The notes: generated by a model from the letters alone, not told the origin. A stretch of 51,724 nucleotides of DNA from Nitrospirota bacterium (GCA_040754455.1 JBFMCP010000022.1:2573-54296); one strand, 5' to 3'; counted from the stretch's first letter, positions 16,271-26,773 are shown. Program-made: numbers and translations.

Positions 16271-17555
16271 TTGCGGAATAGAGATAGAGGCGGTCACAAA
16301 AGGGAGCAGGGCCGACAAGGCCGGCCTGCGCGCCGGTGACCGGCTCATCGAGATCAACGGGAACAGAATCCATGATGCGATCGATCTGATGTTCTACGGC
16401 TCCGAGCCCGAGCTCGAATTCCTGGTGGCCAGAAACAACGAAAGGATGCGTGGTACTGCCGGAAGCAAAACCGCTGCGGATGAGCTTGGCATTGTGCTGA
16501 AGTCCTTCAAGACCAGATCGTGCAGGAACAACTGCATCTTCTGTTTTGTGGCCCAGCTTCCCAAAGGAATGCGGAAGCCGCTCTATCTGAAGGATGACGA
16601 CTACCGGATGTCCTTTCTCTTCGGCAACTATGTCACTCTCACCAATTGCTCTGCTGACGACCGGAAGAGGATTGTCGAACAGCGCCTCAGCCCCCTCTAT
16701 ATCTCCGTTCACTCCACTGACCGGGAGATCAGAAACCGGCTGCTCGGCAGTCAGCAGGCGGGAGACATTCTCAAAGAGATTAAGTTCCTCGCCGAGCACA
16801 ACATCAGGATGCATACCCAGATCGTCCTTTGCCCCGGGTACAACGACGGCAAGGAGCTCAGGAAGACGATAACCGATCTCTACCGCTTCTACCCCTATGT
16901 AATGTCCGTTGCGGTGGTGCCGGTCGGCCTTACTGCTCACCGGAAGAAATCCTTGCGGCCTGTCGAAAGAGATGATGCGTTGCAGGCCCTCGAAATAATC
17001 CACAAGTTCCAGGCCCGGTTCAAGAGAAAGCATGGAGAGAGTATCGTCTACGGTGCGGATGAATTGTATATAAAGGCGGGCATTGATACCCCTCCATTGA
17101 AGGAATACGGAGAGCTCCCGCAGATTGAGAACGGCGTCGGACTGGTGCCCCTCTTCCTCCACCAGATGAGAAAGGTGAGAATCCCGAAGACGGACGGGTT
17201 GAGGAGATTCATCACCTTCACCGGTGTTTCATTTTATCCCTTTCTGTCCAAGTTTGTCGCCAAGCTCAAAAGGGGTGGTATCGATATCGAGGCGGTAGCG
17301 GTCGAAAACACCTTTTTCGGCAGCAGCGTCACCGTGACCGGCCTGCTCACCGGAAGGGACGTGATCAAGGCCCTTTCGGGGCGCGTGCAGAGGAACGATA
17401 TCCTGCTCATCCCCGATGTCGTGATGCGCGAGGGCGACGAGGTGTTCCTCGATGATGTCTCGCGGCAGGACATCGAGGACGTCCTCGGCATCGAAGCGCA
17501 TATCATTGAGGCAACGCCAAAGGGCATCGTTGAGACGATCTCCAAGCTGGCCTGA
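16254..17555 (+). CDS. PDZ + radical SAM + DUF512 protein (TIGR03279-like)
   Basis: N-terminal PDZ, CRNNCIFC, KDDDYRMSF, SVAVVPVGLT, QIENGVG. Confidence 0.88.
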   Translation: MPPKNSCGIEIEAVTKGSRADKAGLRAGDRLIEINGNRIHDAIDLMFYGSEPELEFLVARNNERMRGTAGSKTAADELGIVLKSFKTRSCRNNCIFCFVAQLPKGMRKPLYLKDDDYRMSFLFGNYVTLTNCSADDRKRIVEQRLSPLYISVHSTDREIRNRLLGSQQAGDILKEIKFLAEHNIRMHTQIVLCPGYNDGKELRKTITDLYRFYPYVMSVAVVPVGLTAHRKKSLRPVERDDALQALEIIHKFQARFKRKHGESIVYGADELYIKAGIDTPPLKEYGELPQIENGVGLVPLFLHQMRKVRIPKTDGLRRFITFTGVSFYPFLSKFVAKLKRGGIDIEAVAVENTFFGSSVTVTGLLTGRDVIKALSGRVQRNDILLIPDVVMREGDEVFLDDVSRQDIEDVLGIEAHIIEATPKGIVETISKLA

Positions 17556-17566
17556 GCACTAAAAAG

Positions 17567-17691
17567 AAATTCCAAATCCGAAATCCTAAATTCCAAACAA
17601 TTTCAGATGCTCAAAATCCGAAACGGTTTTGGTTTTTTGCATTTTGAATTTTTTTGAGGAGTTCGTGCTTGGAGTTTCGAATGTAGAGTTT
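17567..17691. repeat. Heptamer-periodic inverted-repeat element
   Basis: AAATTCC AAATCCG AAATCCT AAATTCC AAAC ... GGAGTT CGTGCTT GGAGTTT CGAATGT AGAGTTT. Confidence 0.75.
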
Positions 17692-17704
17692 GTTGTTCTC
17701 TTTG

Positions 17705-17733
17705 TTGACCCGTGGTGCTTTTTGTGCTACCTT
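17705..17733 (+). promoter_or_regulatory. Putative sigma70 promoter upstream of the HK-GGDEF/EAL pair
   Basis: TTGACC - 17 bp - TACCTT with extended TG. Confidence 0.45.
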
Positions 17734-18075
17734 TGGATTAAGAATGTGTACGACACGTTAATAGGGGAGCATTCTCCGGTACCGGTTCGGCGATGAGAGC
17801 CGGGAACTATAGAAACGGCACCACCTTATTATGGATGGTGGCAGGATGCGGGGGGGGAACGTAAAGCACAATCACCGGGCTGCCGAAGCGATTGATCTTT
17901 GGTATGCCCGGTTTTTTGTGGCGGCGGCTGATCGGGAATCTGATGCGGGGGGCGCTTTCCGGCCAGGGAGAGCACTACAACCACCTTGGCTTTTGTCGGA
18001 TGCTGTTGACCGCCCCGTGACCCGGTCGGTGGACAACGCGTTCCGTGCCCTGCCGGACGGAGTAATCGTTCCTCC

Positions 18076-19578
18076 GTGAGCGACAGGGGCATTGACATGA
18101 TACGAACTGAGGACTCCGGTTCTAAACCGCCCGGAGCGCACAGCAGGACAGGCAGGAGGACCGCAAAGGAAAGAAGCCTTCTCCATTATTTTCCTGAGCG
18201 AAGAGGTGCGCTGCGCTGCAAGCGGCAGGTCCGTCTCCGTGAGGAGCGCCTCGCCCGTCTTGAAGAACTGGTCAGAGGACAGGCTGAAGAGCTGACCAGT
18301 GTCAACGAGAAGTTGAGGGCGGAGATCGCCCTGCGGAGAGAGAGGGAGGGCGAACTCAGGGAGAGCCAGCGGTTCATACAGGGTATTGCCGACACCACAC
18401 CGAATATCCTCTATATCTACGATATTCTCGAAGAGCGCGTCATCTATATCAACAATCAGATCAGGAATATCCTCGGCTATTCACCGGAACAGATCCATGA
18501 GCCGGGGTTTATGCTCAAGGTGATACACCACGATGACTGGAAGATCCCGATAGAAAACTACAAACGGATTGCGACGGCGAGGGATGGTGAGATCATCGAA
18601 TACGAATACCGGGCGCGGCATGCATCAGGAGCATGGCGCTGGCTCTACAGCCGTGTTGTGGTATTCTGCCGGACCCCGGACGGCAAACCACGTTGCACGC
18701 TCGGCACTATCGAAGACATCACCACGCGCAAGGAAACCGAAGAGGAGATCGAGCGGCATCGCCATCACCTTGAGGAATTGGTGGCGGAGCGTACCGCAGC
18801 CTTGGCGCGCACCAATGAGCAGCTGCAGCGTGAGATTGAAGAGCGGAGGCGCATCGAGGAAAGACTCGAACATACGATCAAGGAACTGGAGCAGTCCAAT
18901 GCCGGGCTGGAGCAGTTTGCCTACACCGCCTCGCACGATCTGAAAGAGCCACTCCGCGTTATTGAAGGATTCCTGAAAATCCTGGAGCGTCGCTACCGGA
19001 ACAAACTGGATCAGGAGGCCCGGGAGTTTATCTCATTCGCTCTGGAAGGTGCGGGCAGGATGGATATGCTGATCAGTGATCTCCTGGAGTATTCCCGTGT
19101 GGGGAGCCAGCGTAAGCCCTTCAAGCCGGCCGACACTGAAGCGGTCCTGAACCGTGCACTTGCAAATCTGAAGGTCGCTGTTGAAGAGAGCGGTGCGGTA
19201 ATAACGCATACCGGTCTTCCGGAAGTGATGGCTGACGAGCTCCAGCTCGTCCAGCTCTTTCAGAATCTCCTCAGTAACGCGATAAAGTTCCGCAGCAGCG
19301 AACCGCTTCGCATCCATGTCGCTGCGGAAAAGCACGAGGAAGAGTGGGTCTTTTCGGTAAGGGACAACGGCATCGGTATCCCTCCGGAACAGACCGAGCG
19401 TATCTTCAAGATCTTTCAGCGCCTGCACAGCAGGGGTGAATATTCCGGCACCGGCATCGGCCTCGCTATTTGCAAAAGAATTGTCGAGAATCACGGCGGG
19501 CGCATCTGGGTGAAATCGGAGGAGGGAAAAGGTGCTACTTTTTTCTTTACGATCCCCGTGAGGAGTGAGCGCCGATGA
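18076..19578 (+). CDS. PAS-domain sensor histidine kinase
   Basis: PAS/PAC, FAYTASHDLKEPLR H-box, QLFQNLLSNAIKF, DNGIG, GTGIGL; start uncertain (18076 or 18097). Confidence 0.9.
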   Translation: MSDRGIDMIRTEDSGSKPPGAHSRTGRRTAKERSLLHYFPERRGALRCKRQVRLREERLARLEELVRGQAEELTSVNEKLRAEIALRREREGELRESQRFIQGIADTTPNILYIYDILEERVIYINNQIRNILGYSPEQIHEPGFMLKVIHHDDWKIPIENYKRIATARDGEIIEYEYRARHASGAWRWLYSRVVVFCRTPDGKPRCTLGTIEDITTRKETEEEIERHRHHLEELVAERTAALARTNEQLQREIEERRRIEERLEHTIKELEQSNAGLEQFAYTASHDLKEPLRVIEGFLKILERRYRNKLDQEAREFISFALEGAGRMDMLISDLLEYSRVGSQRKPFKPADTEAVLNRALANLKVAVEESGAVITHTGLPEVMADELQLVQLFQNLLSNAIKFRSSEPLRIHVAAEKHEEEWVFSVRDNGIGIPPEQTERIFKIFQRLHSRGEYSGTGIGLAICKRIVENHGGRIWVKSEEGKGATFFFTIPVRSERR

Positions 19579-21713
19579 AGGGTGCAGAGAGAGAGATGAT
19601 CACAGTGCTTCTTATAGAGGACAACCCTGCTGATGCGCGCCTCATAGGAGAGATGCTGAGCGAGGCGCGCGGCGCCGTCTTTAATCTGGAGACAGCAGAG
19701 CGGCTTTCATCAGGAATGGAGCGCATAGCGCAGGGGGGGATCGATGTGCTTCTCCTCGATCTTACCCTGCCGGACAGCGAGGGTCTCGCGACATTCCTGA
19801 AAGCACGTGCCCACGCACCCAACATGCCGATCCTGCTGCTGACCGGCCTGGATAATGAGCTCCTGGCAATTGAGGCGGTGCGGGAAGGCGCACAGGACTA
19901 TCTGGTAAAAGGGCGACTGGATGCTGATCTGCTGGCCCGTTCACTGCGCTATGCCATCGAGCGGAAGCGGACAGAGCGGGCGCTCAAGCAGGCAAAGGCA
20001 TTCAATGAGAGCGTCATCAACAGCCTGAGCGATGCGGTGTACATCATCGACGTCCGTGATTTTACTCTCATCGGTGCAAACCGGGTCTTTCTCGAGGACA
20101 TAGGAAAAAGCGAGGAAGAGATCATCGGAAAGCACTGCCACGATGTGCTGTGCCACGGGGACGTTGCAGCCCGGGAACAGAACGTCACCTGTCTGAGCGA
20201 ATGCGCCGCCTATGAAACGTTAAAGACCGGGCGGACTGCAGTGCGTGAACATGTGCATTACGACAAGGAGGGAAAGAGAAAGGACGTCGAGGTGACCGCA
20301 AATCCCATGAGAAACGAAAGCGGAGAGGTAACCCATATCATCAATGTGGCGAAGGATATCACCCATCGGAAGCGCATGGATGAGATCATCCGGCACCAGG
20401 CGTATCATGATACATTGACGGGCCTTCCCAACCGGATGCTCTTCAGTGAGCATCTCAATCACGAGCTGTCCCACGCGCATCGCAGCAGGCAGATGCTGGC
20501 AGTGCTTTTTCTCGATCTTGACAATTTTAAAACCATCAACGATACGCTGGGGCATACAATAGGAGACGGGTTGCTGAAGGCGGTAGCGGAACGTATACGG
20601 AGCTGTCTCCGCGAATTCGACACCGTGTCGCGGCAGGGAGGAGATGAGTACACGGTACTGCTGCCGGACATCAAGCATCATGACGACGTCACCAGGATCG
20701 CAAAGAAACTGCTTGCCGCCTTCAAGCAGCCCTGGGTGATCGATACCCATGAGCTTACCGTCACCGCCAGTGTCGGCATCAGCCTCTACCCCTACGACGG
20801 CGACGATGCGGAGACCCTTTTGAAAAATGCCGATACGGCAATGTATCACGCCAAGGAGCAGGGAAAGAACAACTATCAATTCTATAATCCCGCCATGAAT
20901 CTGAAGGCGCTCGAACGTATGATCCTGGAGAGTAGCCTGCGCGCCTCTCTCGATCGGAACGAATTCGTCCTGCACTATCGGCCGCTGGTACGCATTGATA
21001 CGGGAGAGATCATCGGGGCGGAGGCCCTGGTGCGCTGGCTGCATCCCGAACTGGGGATGATCTACCCGGAACAGTTCATCCGCCTTGCAGAAGAGACGGG
21101 CCTGATTGTGCCGCTCAATGAATGGGTTCTGCGCACCGCCTGTGCGCAGAACAGGGCGTGGCAAAAGGCCGATCTCGGTCTCATGCATGTCAGTGTGAAT
21201 CTTTCGGCACGTCTCTTTCAGCAAAAAAATCTGGCTGAGACCGTCATGCGGATTTTGAGCGATACCGGTCTGGATTCCGCCTTTCTGGATCTGGAGGTTA
21301 CCGAGAGTATTGCCATGCAGCAGGCCGAGACCTCGCTCGCTGCCATGCGTGCATTGAGCAACCGCGGCGTCAAATTGGTCATTGATGACTTCGGCACCGG
21401 CTATTCATCCCTGGGTACATTGAAGAAATTACCGGTCCAGGCGCTCAAGATCGACCGGTCGCTGGTGAGCGATATGACGACCAACCCCGACGATTCGGCG
21501 ATCGTCTCTGCAATCATTCCCATGGCCCACCGTCTTAAAATGAAGACGATTGCCGAGGGCGTCGAGACGCGGGAGCAGCTCGCCTTCCTGGACTACTGCA
21601 AATGCGATGTGATGCAGGGATACCTTTTCAACCGGCCGGTTACCGCCGATGAATTCGAGCGACTGCTCACGGAACGCAAACACTCCCCGCACCAGAGCTC
21701 TCCTCTTACGTAA
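19575..21713 (+). CDS. REC-PAS-GGDEF-EAL c-di-GMP signalling protein
   Basis: Receiver (IEDN, LLDL), PAS, HDTLTGLPNR, REFD I-site, GGDEY, EALVRW, DDFGTGYSS. Confidence 0.93.
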   Translation: MKGAEREMITVLLIEDNPADARLIGEMLSEARGAVFNLETAERLSSGMERIAQGGIDVLLLDLTLPDSEGLATFLKARAHAPNMPILLLTGLDNELLAIEAVREGAQDYLVKGRLDADLLARSLRYAIERKRTERALKQAKAFNESVINSLSDAVYIIDVRDFTLIGANRVFLEDIGKSEEEIIGKHCHDVLCHGDVAAREQNVTCLSECAAYETLKTGRTAVREHVHYDKEGKRKDVEVTANPMRNESGEVTHIINVAKDITHRKRMDEIIRHQAYHDTLTGLPNRMLFSEHLNHELSHAHRSRQMLAVLFLDLDNFKTINDTLGHTIGDGLLKAVAERIRSCLREFDTVSRQGGDEYTVLLPDIKHHDDVTRIAKKLLAAFKQPWVIDTHELTVTASVGISLYPYDGDDAETLLKNADTAMYHAKEQGKNNYQFYNPAMNLKALERMILESSLRASLDRNEFVLHYRPLVRIDTGEIIGAEALVRWLHPELGMIYPEQFIRLAEETGLIVPLNEWVLRTACAQNRAWQKADLGLMHVSVNLSARLFQQKNLAETVMRILSDTGLDSAFLDLEVTESIAMQQAETSLAAMRALSNRGVKLVIDDFGTGYSSLGTLKKLPVQALKIDRSLVSDMTTNPDDSAIVSAIIPMAHRLKMKTIAEGVETREQLAFLDYCKCDVMQGYLFNRPVTADEFERLLTERKHSPHQSSPLT

Positions 21714-21821
21714 TAAGCCGCCGCCCTCCAGCAGCTTTTTGCCGGCCCCTTTTGGACCAAAGCGCAAATCTGGTATCATGTTCAGGATTGAAGGGCATCT
21801 CTGCTCTTGAAAGGAGCCTGC

Positions 21822-22661
21822 ATGAATATAAGCGGAACAACAAAGGTCGTCGGTCTCTTCGGGTATCCGGTTGAGCACAGCCTCTCGCCAGCAATGCACA
21901 ACGCCGCCTTCGGCCATTTGGATCTCGACTATTGCTATGTGGCCTTTCTCGTCGCTCCCGGGCGTCTGAAGGAAGCGGTCGAGGGCATCAGGGCATTGAA
22001 CCTGGGCGGCGTGAATGTGACCGTTCCTCACAAGGAGAATGTCATCCCCTTTCTGGATGCAGTCAGCGAAGAAGCATCTTTTATCGGGGCTGTCAACACG
22101 ATCCGTAACGATAACGGCATCCTGACCGGCTACAATACCGACGGCAGGGGGTTCATGCAATCGCTGGTCGAGGCCGGCGTCGAGATAAAGGGTAAGAGGG
22201 TGCTCATTGTTGGTGCCGGGGGCGCGTCGCGCGCCATAGGCTATTATCTCTGCAAGGAAGCATCAGCGCTGTCTCTTTACGATACCGATGCGGGCAGGGC
22301 TGCAGTGCTGGCACGGCACCTGAACACGATAAGGGAGAATATAGCGGTAATCGACGGACATGCCTTGAACAGCAGGGAATTCCTTTCACACGTAGAGATG
22401 ATCATCAATGCAACACCGCTCGGATTGAAAGCCAATGATCCCCTTCCGGTGGATGCGTCGCTGCTGCATAAGGACCATGTTGTCTGTGATCTCATCTATA
22501 AAACGACACCTCTGCTGCGCCGGGCATCTGAAAAGGGCTGCAGAACGCTCGACGGCCTCGGCATGTTGCTGTGGCAGGGGGTCTTTGCTTTTGAGCTCTG
22601 GACCGGCATAAGACCGCCGGTGGAAGTAATGAGGGAGGCCCTTACTAAATTCAAAAGGTAA
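21822..22661 (+). CDS. aroE: Shikimate dehydrogenase
   Basis: HSLSP, NVTVPHK, GAVNT, NTDG, GAGGA, DGLGML; ATG 21822 with AAGGAG RBS. Confidence 0.96.
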   Translation: MNISGTTKVVGLFGYPVEHSLSPAMHNAAFGHLDLDYCYVAFLVAPGRLKEAVEGIRALNLGGVNVTVPHKENVIPFLDAVSEEASFIGAVNTIRNDNGILTGYNTDGRGFMQSLVEAGVEIKGKRVLIVGAGGASRAIGYYLCKEASALSLYDTDAGRAAVLARHLNTIRENIAVIDGHALNSREFLSHVEMIINATPLGLKANDPLPVDASLLHKDHVVCDLIYKTTPLLRRASEKGCRTLDGLGMLLWQGVFAFELWTGIRPPVEVMREALTKFKR

Positions 22662-22777
22662 AAAGAAAAATTTAAAATGAGGAAGTCCTTTATTTTGAAT
22701 TTCTAACGAAAGCTTTGCAAAGTTCCCCGTCGGCTTGCCGCGGGGAGGTTCACTTTTTCTCTTTGCTTTTGCTTGAG

Positions 22778-22823
22778 TTGGCATGTAATTTGCCTTTACA
22801 AGACTTTCCCGCTGTGTTAATAT
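22778..22823 (+). promoter_or_regulatory. Adjacent sigma54 (-24/-12) site and sigma70 promoter of lptCAB-rpoN
   Basis: TTGGCATGTAATTTGC (GG 22780-81, GC 22792-93, 10-bp spacing); TTTACA (22795-22800) - 17 bp - TAATAT (22818-22823) with extended TG. Confidence 0.65.
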
Positions 22824-22828
22824 TTTAT

Positions 22829-23335
22829 ATGAAAAAATTTGGATTTCTGGTCGTTGTCGTGCTTTTTTTTGCCATTGTAGCCTTTTATTCAGACAGAGAG
22901 GGGGACATAAAGACCAGACTACGTGTTGGTGACAGCTCATATATGGATGCAGTAAGCATTACGCAGAAAAGGGACGGCATCATAAAATGGATATTGAACG
23001 CCGACAAGGCGGTCTTTGTAACCGAAAACGAAATAAAGCTTGCCTCACTCCGCATTTCCTTCCCCGAGAAAGACCTGACGCTAACCTCGGATACGGGCCT
23101 GTATGATGTCGAGAAAAGGGACCTGAAGATCGAGGGCAACATCAAGGCCGCTACCAAGGATTATGATATCGTGGCGAAAACGCTGTACTGGGATTCGTCG
23201 ACCAATGAGGTCATGTCCGATGAACAGGTGCATATCGTGGGCAAGAAATTTTCTGTTCAGGGGGACGACCTTGTAGCGACTAATGACAAGGCAAAACTGA
23301 AGAACAATGTAAAGGCGATTTTTTATGCAAAATAG
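22829..23335 (+). CDS. lptC: LPS export protein LptC
   Basis: N-terminal TM plus beta-jellyroll-like sequence; synteny with lptA-lptB-rpoN; ATG 22829. Confidence 0.8.
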   Translation: MKKFGFLVVVVLFFAIVAFYSDREGDIKTRLRVGDSSYMDAVSITQKRDGIIKWILNADKAVFVTENEIKLASLRISFPEKDLTLTSDTGLYDVEKRDLKIEGNIKAATKDYDIVAKTLYWDSSTNEVMSDEQVHIVGKKFSVQGDDLVATNDKAKLKNNVKAIFYAK

Positions 23336-23915
23336 AAACAGAATACACAAGTCAGAATACGGAAATCAGAATACGGAAGTCAGAATACAGAGAACGACAA
23401 TCGTTATTGTAGCTCTTCTCTTTTTTGTCATAAGTGCTTTTCTGTCCGCAGCGGCCGCCTCTGCAGCGGAGCAGAAGAAGGCCGCTGCAGAGAAGAAGAC
23501 CGCGAAGGAGCCAACGGTTATTACATCACAATCCCTGACGACGGACAACAAGGCGCATACCGCTCTCTTCGAGGGGAATGTGGTGGCGAAGAAAGGCGAG
23601 ATGACGCTCTTTGCCAATAAGATGCTGGTGTACTATTCCGAAGAGAAGGGCAGCAGCAACATCAAGAAGATCGAGGCAGAGGGCAATGTCAAGCTCATCA
23701 AGGGCGAGCGGGTCGTAACCTCGAAGTTTGCCACCTATTTTGCCGAGCCTGTGGAGCATGCCGTTTTCACCGGCGACCCCAGGGCATCGGAAGGGGAGAA
23801 CGTGGTCACTGGCACAAAGATGACCTATTTTATGAATGATGACCACTCCATTGTCGAAAACAGCAAGGTATTTTTGACAGAGCGGAAAAGGGGAACTGCC
23901 GAAGCAGGCAAATAG
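23325..23915 (+). CDS. lptA: LPS transport periplasmic protein LptA
   Basis: Signal peptide, FEGNVVA, IEAEGNV, LptA/OstA pattern. Confidence 0.85.
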   Translation: MQNRNRIHKSEYGNQNTEVRIQRTTIVIVALLFFVISAFLSAAAASAAEQKKAAAEKKTAKEPTVITSQSLTTDNKAHTALFEGNVVAKKGEMTLFANKMLVYYSEEKGSSNIKKIEAEGNVKLIKGERVVTSKFATYFAEPVEHAVFTGDPRASEGENVVTGTKMTYFMNDDHSIVENSKVFLTERKRGTAEAGK

Positions 23916-23974
23916 ACGCTCTGAGCACCGGTTTTCGAATTCCCGTGCATCCGGATAACACGACATAAGAGGAT

Positions 23975-24736
23975 ATGAATCAGCATTCGCTCGAAATACG
24001 TGGCCTTGCAAAGGCATACGGAAAGCGATACGTGGTGAAAGACATCAACGTATCGCTCAGGACCGGAGAGATTGTCGGCCTTCTGGGGCCCAATGGTGCC
24101 GGAAAGACCACGACCTTTTATATGGTGGTGGGAATGATACGTCCCGAACAGGGTGACATCTTGCTCGATAATGAAAGTATCGGAGACCTGCCGATGTACC
24201 AGAGGGCTCGGAAAGGTATGGGCTATCTGCCCCAGGAGCCTTCGATCTTCAGAAAACTGACGGTCAGGGAGAACCTCAAGGCGGTGCTCGAAATCAGTCG
24301 AAAGTCAGGGGACAGCCGGTGCCCGTCCGGCAACGGAGAAACGCCTGCTATCGAGGAAGAGGTCGATATGCTTCTCGATGAGTTCAACCTGAGGGAATTT
24401 GCCGACAGGGACGGCTATCGGCTCTCGGGTGGCGAACGAAGGAGGGCTGAGATCGCCCGGGCGATCGCGGTGCGGCCTACCTTTATGCTCTTTGATGAGC
24501 CTTTTGCCGGGATAGATCCCATCGCCATCATCGAGCTGAAGAAAATGCTCAACTATTTGAAATCGAAGGGTCTTGGGATATTAATAACCGATCACAATGT
24601 CAGGGAGACGTTGTCCATAACAGACAGGGCATATATAATAAATAATGGTTCGATTCTGGCAGAGGGGGTGCCGGATGATCTGATCAAGAACCCTTCTGTC
24701 AAGGAAGCGTACCTCGGGGAGGAATTCAGACTGTAA
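23975..24736 (+). CDS. lptB: LPS export ABC ATPase LptB
   Basis: GPNGAGKTT, YLPQEPSIFRKL, LSGGERRR, DEPFAGIDP, ITDHNVRET. Confidence 0.96.
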   Translation: MNQHSLEIRGLAKAYGKRYVVKDINVSLRTGEIVGLLGPNGAGKTTTFYMVVGMIRPEQGDILLDNESIGDLPMYQRARKGMGYLPQEPSIFRKLTVRENLKAVLEISRKSGDSRCPSGNGETPAIEEEVDMLLDEFNLREFADRDGYRLSGGERRRAEIARAIAVRPTFMLFDEPFAGIDPIAIIELKKMLNYLKSKGLGILITDHNVRETLSITDRAYIINNGSILAEGVPDDLIKNPSVKEAYLGEEFRL

Positions 24737-26166
24737 TGGCTTTAGAGAATAGATTAGACCTTAAACTTTCCCAAAAGCTTATCCTTACACCGCAGCTCCA
24801 GCAGGCGATCAAGCTGCTCCAGATGCCCCAGCTCGAGCTTGCCCAGGTGTTGAACCAGGAGCTCACCGAGAACCCTTTCCTCGAGGAAGCCTTCGAGGAA
24901 CCCGAGATTGAGGGGTATCCTGAAGAGGAAGCGCTTCCCCCCGCGGTCTCCGACGATGCGGAAATTTCCTTCGAGAACCTCACTACCTTCAGCGTCGACG
25001 AGTATTTTGACGAACGGAGCAGCGACGGAAGGGACCTGGGTTATTTCTCTCCCGGCGTTGAAGAACAGCCCTCGTATGAGCTTTTTTACTCCAAAAAGCC
25101 CGATCTGTATGATCACCTGTTGTGGCAGCTGCGGCTGAGCACTGCCGACGACCGGGTGAGGATGGCCGCAGAGGCGGTCATCGGCAATATCGATGAGGAC
25201 GGCTATCTCAGGGCGACGGAAGAAGAGCTCGCCGCAACGCTCGATGCGGATATCGGGACGGTTACGGCAGCCATCTCTCTTGTCCAGACCTTTGACCCTC
25301 CGGGCATCGGCGCGCGTAATCTGAAGGAGTGTCTGCTGCTGCAGCTTGTGTCCCTCAATCTCAAGGGAACCCTTGTCGAGAAGATCGTCGAGGGCAACAT
25401 GGAGGATCTGCAGAAGAAGCGATACAGCAACATCGCGAAGCAGTACGGCTCTACTATAGATGATATAATGACCGCGGTAAAGATCATCGAGGGGCTCGAG
25501 CCGAGGCCCGGCAGGAGTTTCACGAACGCCGAGACCAACTATGTCGTCCCCGACGTCTTCATCAGCAGGACCGATGAAGGCTACCAGATCATCCTGAACG
25601 AAGACGGGATGCCACGGTTGAGCCTGAACAACAGCTACCGTAAGCTCCTCCTCAAAAAAGAGTCGCTTACCAGGGAAGAGCGGGAGTTCCTGAAGGATAA
25701 ACTGCGACGGGCCACTGAATTGATAAAGAGCCTGGACCAGCGGAACAAGACGATCTACAAGGTTTCGGAGAGCATCCTCAAATTCCAGCAGGACTTTTTC
25801 GACAAGGGAATACAGTTTTTAAAGCCCCTGAATCTCAAGGATGTCGCGATGGACATCAATATGCACGAGAGCACCATCAGCAGGGTGACGTCGAACAAGT
25901 ATCTCTCCTGCGATCACGGCGTGTACAGTTTCAGGTTCTTCTTCAGCAGCGCCATCCAGTCCGAGGCGGGAGATGTCTCGTCGACGCTGGTCAAGGACCT
26001 GATCAAGAAGATCATTGCCGAGGAGGACCCCAAGAAGCCGTTGAGCGACCAGATGATCGCCGACACCCTGAAGGGACAGAGCATCAATATCGCCAGGAGG
26101 ACGGTGGCAAAATACCGGGAGGAGCTGAAAATACCTCCCCAGAGCCAGAGAAAACGGTACGAGTAA
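24736..26166 (+). CDS. rpoN: RNA polymerase sigma-54 factor
   Basis: LTPQLQQAIKLLQ, HESTISR, RpoN box ARRTVAKYRE. Confidence 0.98.
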   Translation: MALENRLDLKLSQKLILTPQLQQAIKLLQMPQLELAQVLNQELTENPFLEEAFEEPEIEGYPEEEALPPAVSDDAEISFENLTTFSVDEYFDERSSDGRDLGYFSPGVEEQPSYELFYSKKPDLYDHLLWQLRLSTADDRVRMAAEAVIGNIDEDGYLRATEEELAATLDADIGTVTAAISLVQTFDPPGIGARNLKECLLLQLVSLNLKGTLVEKIVEGNMEDLQKKRYSNIAKQYGSTIDDIMTAVKIIEGLEPRPGRSFTNAETNYVVPDVFISRTDEGYQIILNEDGMPRLSLNNSYRKLLLKKESLTREEREFLKDKLRRATELIKSLDQRNKTIYKVSESILKFQQDFFDKGIQFLKPLNLKDVAMDINMHESTISRVTSNKYLSCDHGVYSFRFFFSSAIQSEAGDVSSTLVKDLIKKIIAEEDPKKPLSDQMIADTLKGQSINIARRTVAKYREELKIPPQSQRKRYE

Positions 26167-26254
26167 CTATAGAGTTCAACTGGAGGACGTTTCAATCTGA
26201 TCCGCCTCAGGCGGACATCAATCATGAAGCAGGAATGAGAGTGGGAGGAAGAGT

Positions 26255-26773
26255 ATGAATATCATTGTCAATGGACGTCACATCGAGGTGACGCCCGCAC
26301 TGAGAACCTATGCAGAGGAGAAGATCGGGAAGTTCGACAAATACCTGTCCAACATATCGGAAGCGGTGGTGACCCTGAATGTCGAGAAATACCGGCATAA
26401 GGCAGAGGTGCTCCTGAAGGTCAACGGCGTGCTGATCCAGGCAGAGAGCGTTACCGGCGAGGCCTATTCCGCAATAGACGAGGTGGTAGAGAAGCTGGAA
26501 AAGCAGGTCGTGAAGTACAAGGAAAAGCATCATGATTACCGGAAAGGCGAAAAGAAGCCTACGGGGATCGAAACGGAGAAGCCCGCCCAGGGCGCGAGGA
26601 TCATAAAGCACAAACGGTTCGATATGAAGCCCATGAGTTCTGAAGAGGCGGTCCACCAGATGGAGCTTCTGGACAAGGACTTTTTTGTCTTCACCAATGA
26701 GAAGAGTGGGGACATCAATGTCGTCTACCGCCGCAATGACGGAAATTACGGATTGATCGAGCCGACGAAGTAA
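26255..26773 (+). CDS. hpf: Ribosome hibernation promoting factor (long HPF)
   Basis: MNIIVNGRHIEVTPALR, KPMSSEEAVHQMELL, VVYRRNDGNYGLIEP. Confidence 0.95.
   Translation: MNIIVNGRHIEVTPALRTYAEEKIGKFDKYLSNISEAVVTLNVEKYRHKAEVLLKVNGVLIQAESVTGEAYSAIDEVVEKLEKQVVKYKEKHHDYRKGEKKPTGIETEKPAQGARIIKHKRFDMKPMSSEEAVHQMELLDKDFFVFTNEKSGDINVVYRRNDGNYGLIEPTK

Noticed and set aside
17838..17888. c-di-GMP-I riboswitch resemblance (CGTAAAGC...CCGGGCTGCCG)
   Set aside because: The GNRA-capped P2 stem and the P3 receptor stem are missing.
17831..18079. 82-aa ORF upstream of the kinase
   Set aside because: No RBS or domain features; not called as a gene.
26201..26215. Palindrome TCCGCC-TCA-GGCGGA between rpoN and hpf
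   Set aside because: Single short hairpin with no U-tract and no second copy noticed in the window.
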